Notes under the pieces: generated by a model | Told to the model about the DNA's origin: nothing | Databases searched by the model: none | The model's input: the letters and a program-made list of their open reading frames with translations, nothing else | Made by a program: the position numbers and the translations under genes | In this document: positions 59,887 through 64,000 of the stretch, piece after piece | Layout of the letters: each line of letters begins with the position of its first letter | How positions within the stretch are numbered: position 1 is the first letter of the stretch | Source: Bacteroidota bacterium | GTDB taxonomy: Bacteria > Bacteroidota > Rhodothermia > JANXDC01 | Length of the DNA: 64,000 bases | Direction: 5' to 3' | NCBI GenBank assembly: GCA_025059945.1 | Contig: JANXDC010000011.1 | Span: 141,856 to 205,855, forward strand

Positions 59887-59922
59887 GCGGAAGACGGCCT
59901 TGAGGCCGTCGCTTAAGACCGC
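59887..59922 (+). promoter_or_regulatory. Probable L1-binding autoregulatory RNA element before rplA
   Basis: GCGG-AA-GACGGCC-TTGA-GGCCGTC-GCTTAAGA-CCGC: two stems with an asymmetric internal loop abutting the rplA RBS. Confidence 0.55.
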
Positions 59923-59932
59923 GGAGGGAATC

Positions 59933-60631
59933 ATGCCAAAACGTGGGAAGAAATACCTCGAAGCGCTCAAGAAATTCGAACCCAACCGGGAATACAGCCT
60001 CGAGGAGGCAGCCCGGTTGGTCAAGGAGGTCTCCTATACGCGGTTTGACGCTTCAGTCGACATGGACGTGCGCTTGGGCGTCGACCCCCGGCACGCCGAT
60101 CAGATGGTGCGCGGCTCGGTGGTGCTGCCGCACGGCACGGGCCGCACCGTGCGCGTGCTCGTCTTGGCCAATCCGGCCAAACAAGATGAGGCGCGCGCTG
60201 CAGGAGCCGACTACGTGGGCCTAGAGGACTACATTCAGAAGATCCAGGAGGGGTGGGCGGATGTGGACGTGATCATCGCCACGCCGGATGTAATGCCTCA
60301 GCTGGGGCGTCTGGGCAAGATCCTCGGCCCCAAGGGGCTTATGCCCAACCCCAAGAGCGGCACCGTGACGATGGATGTAGCCGAGGCCGTCAAGGCCGTA
60401 AAGGCGGGTCGTATCGAGTTCCGCGTCGATCGCTACGGGATCATCCACGCTAGCATCGGGCGCGTCTCTTTCCCGCCGGAGCACTTGGTGGAGAACGCCA
60501 AGGCCTTGCTGAAGGAGATCCTCCGCCTACGGCCCGCGGCGGCTAAAGGGGCCTACGTGCGCTCCCTGTACCTGGCTCCCACGATGGGACCAGGGATCAA
60601 GGTCAATCGGGCGGTGCTGCAGAACCTGTAA
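59933..60631 (+). CDS. rplA: 50S ribosomal protein L1
   Basis: [20 protein letters not shown] and [12 protein letters not shown]; start at ATG 59933. Confidence 0.98.
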   Translation: MPKRGKKYLEALKKFEPNREYSLEEAARLVKEVSYTRFDASVDMDVRLGVDPRHADQMVRGSVVLPHGTGRTVRVLVLANPAKQDEARAAGADYVGLEDYIQKIQEGWADVDVIIATPDVMPQLGRLGKILGPKGLMPNPKSGTVTMDVAEAVKAVKAGRIEFRVDRYGIIHASIGRVSFPPEHLVENAKALLKEILRLRPAAAKGAYVRSLYLAPTMGPGIKVNRAVLQNL

Positions 60632-60649
60632 GGCGCCAAGGAGCGAAGC

Positions 60650-61171
60650 ATGAATCGAGCGGAGAAGACCCAGCTTATCGAGCAGCTGGTGGAGAAGGCC
60701 CAGCAGGCGCAAGGTATCTACGTGGTCGACTTCTCCAATATGACCGTGCTCGAGGAGTGGGAACTGCGGCGCGCTTTCCGGAAGGCGAACGTGGAATATC
60801 GCGTCGTCAAAAACACCCTGTTGCGCATCGCCTTGGAGCGCGTCGGCGGCCATGCGGGGCTGTTGGCGTACCTGAACGGGCAAACCGCGGTGGCCTTCGG
60901 CTACGCCGATCCCATCGCCCCGGCCCGGTTGATCAAGGAGTACGCCCAGCAGAACCCCAAGCTGCGCCTTAAAGCGGCTAGTTTGGGTGGAGAAGTCTTC
61001 GACGGGGCGCAGCTGGAACAGCTGGCCGCGATGAAGTCCCGCCAAGAGCTGATCGGCGACCTGGTGGGGCTGCTTTTGGCCCCAATCCAGAACGTACTGG
61101 GCGCTCTTACGGCGCCAGGCGCCCAACTGGTGGGCGCACTGCGCACGCTATCGGAGCGCGAAGCGGCGTAG
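60650..61171 (+). CDS. rplJ: 50S ribosomal protein L10
   Basis: [11 protein letters not shown] motif; position between rplA and rplL. Confidence 0.96.
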   Translation: MNRAEKTQLIEQLVEKAQQAQGIYVVDFSNMTVLEEWELRRAFRKANVEYRVVKNTLLRIALERVGGHAGLLAYLNGQTAVAFGYADPIAPARLIKEYAQQNPKLRLKAASLGGEVFDGAQLEQLAAMKSRQELIGDLVGLLLAPIQNVLGALTAPGAQLVGALRTLSEREAA

Positions 61172-61205
61172 AAAAGTCAACAGCAGAAGAAAGGAGCTCA
61201 TACCT

Positions 61206-61589
61206 ATGGCGGATTTGCAAGCCCTCGCTGAACAGCTGGTCAATCTGACCATCAAGGAGGCCAGCGAGTTAGCCAAGATCCTAGAGGAGCAATATGGCAT
61301 CAAACCGGCGGCCGCTGCCGTGGCGGTGGCGGCGGCTCCCGCGGCCGGGGGTCCGGCGGAGGCGGCCGTGGAGGAGAAGACAGAATTTGACGTCATCCTC
61401 AAAAGCGCCGGGCCGAACAAGATCAACGTCATCAAAGAGGTGCGCGCCATCACCGGTCTGGGCCTAACGGAGGCCAAGGCGCTCGTCGATGGCGCCCCCA
61501 AAACGGTCAAGGAGGGCATCTCCAAACAGGAGGCCGAGGAAATCGCCAAGAAGCTGCGGGATGCCGGGGCCGAGGTCGAAATCAAGTAA
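61206..61589 (+). CDS. rplL: 50S ribosomal protein L7/L12
   Basis: [28 protein letters not shown] and an Ala-rich hinge. Confidence 0.98.
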   Translation: MADLQALAEQLVNLTIKEASELAKILEEQYGIKPAAAAVAVAAAPAAGGPAEAAVEEKTEFDVILKSAGPNKINVIKEVRAITGLGLTEAKALVDGAPKTVKEGISKQEAEEIAKKLRDAGAEVEIK

Positions 61590-61752
61590 CCGGCGCCTCC
61601 CCAAAGAGAACGCCTGCTATTGCGCGGCACTCGGCTCCGGGCTACTCGGAGCCGAGGCCGCCTTGTTGTCTCGCTTTGGGGAACCGTCGCCCTATCGGGC
61701 CGGTTTCTACAAAGACATTTCATGCTTAACCCAACAATCGGCGTGAGCGCAC

Positions 61753-64000
61753 ATGAGCCAGCCTGAGCTCTCCCCAAACGGTCGCCACACGGTGACCTCC
61801 TCCGGGCGCATCTCCTTTGCCCGCATTCAGCCCGTGATCGACTATCCGGATTTCCTGTCGGTGCAGTTGGAATCGTTTCGGGAATTTCTCCAAGAGGACG
61901 TGCCGCCTGAGGAGCGGCGGCGCGTGGGCCTGCAGGAGGTCTTCCTGGAGAACTTCCCCATTCAGGATTCGCGCGAAGAGTACACGCTGGACTTCCTCCA
62001 CTACACGATCGAACCCCCCAAGTACACCATCGAGGAATGTCAAGAGCGGGGCCTGACGTACGCGGTCACGCTCAAGGCGAGGCTTCGGCTTTCGTTCGTG
62101 CCCAAGGACGAGCCTGAGCTGGCCGAGCCGCCCATCGAGCAGGACGTGTACTTGGGCACGATCCCGTACATGACCGAACGGGGTACTTTTATCATCAACG
62201 GCGCTGAGCGGGTCATCGTCAGCCAGCTGCACCGCTCCCCCGGGGTGATCTTTGGGGAGTCCCTGCATCCCAACGGCACGAAGCTTTACACGGCGCGCGT
62301 GATCCCCATGAAGGGCTCGTGGCTGGAATTTGCCACGGATGTCAACAACGTCATGTGGGTGTACATCGACCGGAAGAAGAAGTTTCCGGTCACCATGCTG
62401 CTACGCGCCCTGGGCTGGAGCACCAACGAAGATATTCTGCGGCTGTTTTCGTTGTCGGAGGAGATCCGCCTTACCACGCGGGCTGAGTTCCGGGATAAGG
62501 CCGTGGGGCGCGTGCTGGCCACGGACGTCGTCGTGGAGGCTGAGGTTGAGGAAGTAGACGAAGACACCGGCGAGGTGCGTTTGCGCGAAGAGCGCCGCGT
62601 GCTGCTCTACAAGGATCACGTCCTAAGCGAGGCGGACTACGATCTATTGCGCGATGCAGGGGTTCGGGCTGTACACGTCAAGCGGCGCGATGAGGAGATC
62701 ACAGACGAAAGCGAGATCCTGCTCAACACCCTAAGCCGGGATCCCACGCGTTCGCAGCAAGAGGCCCTGGAGTACATCTACCGGCAGCTACGTCAAGGCG
62801 AGCCTCCAGATCTGGAGACGGCCCGGCAGACCATCGAGCGGCTTTTCTTCAACGAGAAGAAATACGACCTGGGTGAGGTGGGCCGCTATCGGATCAATAA
62901 GCGGCTGCGCGTGAACGTGCCCATCCACACGCGCACGCTCGCGCACGAGGATCTGATCGCCATCATCCGGGAGCTTATCGATCTCCTTAACGGCAAGGCT
63001 AAGGTCGACGATCAGGATCATCTCTCCAACCGGCGCGTGCGCACCGTAGGGGAGCAACTTGCGGCCCAATTCGGGGTGGGGCTGGCTCGGATGGCCCGCA
63101 CCATTCGGGAGCGGCTCAACATCACCGAGGGCGAACAGATCCGCCCCTCGGATCTGGTGACGGCGCGCACGATCACCAGCGTAATCAACAGCTTCTTCGG
63201 CACCAATCAGCTCAGCCAGTTCATGGACCAGACCAACCCGCTGGCGGAGCTGACCCACAAGCGCCGCATGTCCGCCCTAGGTCCGGGCGGGCTGACGCGT
63301 GAACGGGCCGGTTTTGAGGTGCGCGACGTGCACTACACGCACTACGGCCGACTCTGCCCTATTGAGACCCCTGAGGGTCCGAACATCGGGCTCATCTCCT
63401 CGCTGTGCGTGTACGCGAAGGTCAACCGCTTCGGGTTCTTGGAGACCCCCTATCGGATCGTACGCGACGGCAAGGTTACAAGCGAAGTCCGCTGGCTTTC
63501 GGCCGAGGAGGAGGACGAGACGATCATCGCGCAGGCCACCACGCCGATAGACGCCGAGGGCCGAATTCGAATCGACCAGGTCCGGGCCCGCAGCGAGGCC
63601 GACTACCCGGTGGTCTCTCCGGATAAGGTCGAATATGTCGACGTGGCGCCCAACCAGATCGTAAGCGCGGCCGCGGCGCTCATCCCCTTCTTGGAGCACG
63701 ATGACGCCAACCGCGCCCTGATGGGCTCAAACATGCAGCGGCAGGCCGTGCCCCTGCTCCGAACCGAGGCCCCCATCGTGGGCACGGGCCTTGAGGAGCG
63801 CGTCGCGCGCGACTCACGCGCGCTCATTTTGGCCGAGGCCGATGGCGTCGTGGAGGCCGTCGATGCCACGCGCATCGTGGTGCGCTACGATCGCTCTCCC
63901 GAAGAAGAACTGGTCTCTTTCGATCCGCCCACCAAGACGTACCGGCTCATCAAGTTCCGGCGCACCAACCAGGACACATGCATCAACCAGAAGCCGATCG
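61753..64000 (+). CDS. rpoB: DNA-directed RNA polymerase beta subunit (partial, runs off window end)
   Basis: ATG 61753 frame reads [51 protein letters not shown] and [13 protein letters not shown]. Confidence 0.98.
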   Translation, partial: MSQPELSPNGRHTVTSSGRISFARIQPVIDYPDFLSVQLESFREFLQEDVPPEERRRVGLQEVFLENFPIQDSREEYTLDFLHYTIEPPKYTIEECQERGLTYAVTLKARLRLSFVPKDEPELAEPPIEQDVYLGTIPYMTERGTFIINGAERVIVSQLHRSPGVIFGESLHPNGTKLYTARVIPMKGSWLEFATDVNNVMWVYIDRKKKFPVTMLLRALGWSTNEDILRLFSLSEEIRLTTRAEFRDKAVGRVLATDVVVEAEVEEVDEDTGEVRLREERRVLLYKDHVLSEADYDLLRDAGVRAVHVKRRDEEITDESEILLNTLSRDPTRSQQEALEYIYRQLRQGEPPDLETARQTIERLFFNEKKYDLGEVGRYRINKRLRVNVPIHTRTLAHEDLIAIIRELIDLLNGKAKVDDQDHLSNRRVRTVGEQLAAQFGVGLARMARTIRERLNITEGEQIRPSDLVTARTITSVINSFFGTNQLSQFMDQTNPLAELTHKRRMSALGPGGLTRERAGFEVRDVHYTHYGRLCPIETPEGPNIGLISSLCVYAKVNRFGFLETPYRIVRDGKVTSEVRWLSAEEEDETIIAQATTPIDAEGRIRIDQVRARSEADYPVVSPDKVEYVDVAPNQIVSAAAALIPFLEHDDANRALMGSNMQRQAVPLLRTEAPIVGTGLEERVARDSRALILAEADGVVEAVDATRIVVRYDRSPEEELVSFDPPTKTYRLIKFRRTNQDTCINQKPI

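Overview
A GC-rich, densely coding bacterial chromosome segment. It is inferred to come from a Bacteroidota/Rhodothermota-type diderm, probably a thermophile, based on LptC/OstA, T9SS-type C-terminal domains, a long SecA, HprK, and a Thermus-like ba3 oxidase and paa cluster. It is mostly housekeeping: lpt/trk genes, arcA, paaR-paaABCD, a pncB-nadE-macro-NUDIX NAD operon, aroQ, hprK, rnhB, ftsX, a cbaDBA-SCO-PCuAC oxidase operon, pyrR-pyrB, radA, metK, panCD, secA, recN, cysS, a six-tRNA cluster and secE-nusG-rplKAJL-rpoB (partial). No prophage, transposase or CRISPR array was seen. The top candidate novel system is at 45421-46805: a small exported precursor carrying five identical QGGEMASD peptides (DNA copies differ only synonymously) sits directly upstream of a TPR protein with a C-terminal HTH. 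This resembles RRNPP-type peptide-receptor signalling, but in a diderm and with reversed domain order. Second is an apparently catalytically degenerate Tpt1/KptA domain fused to a NUDIX hydrolase inside an NAD-salvage/ADP-ribose operon. All family calls are by eye from motifs and remembered family sequences; no database searches were run.
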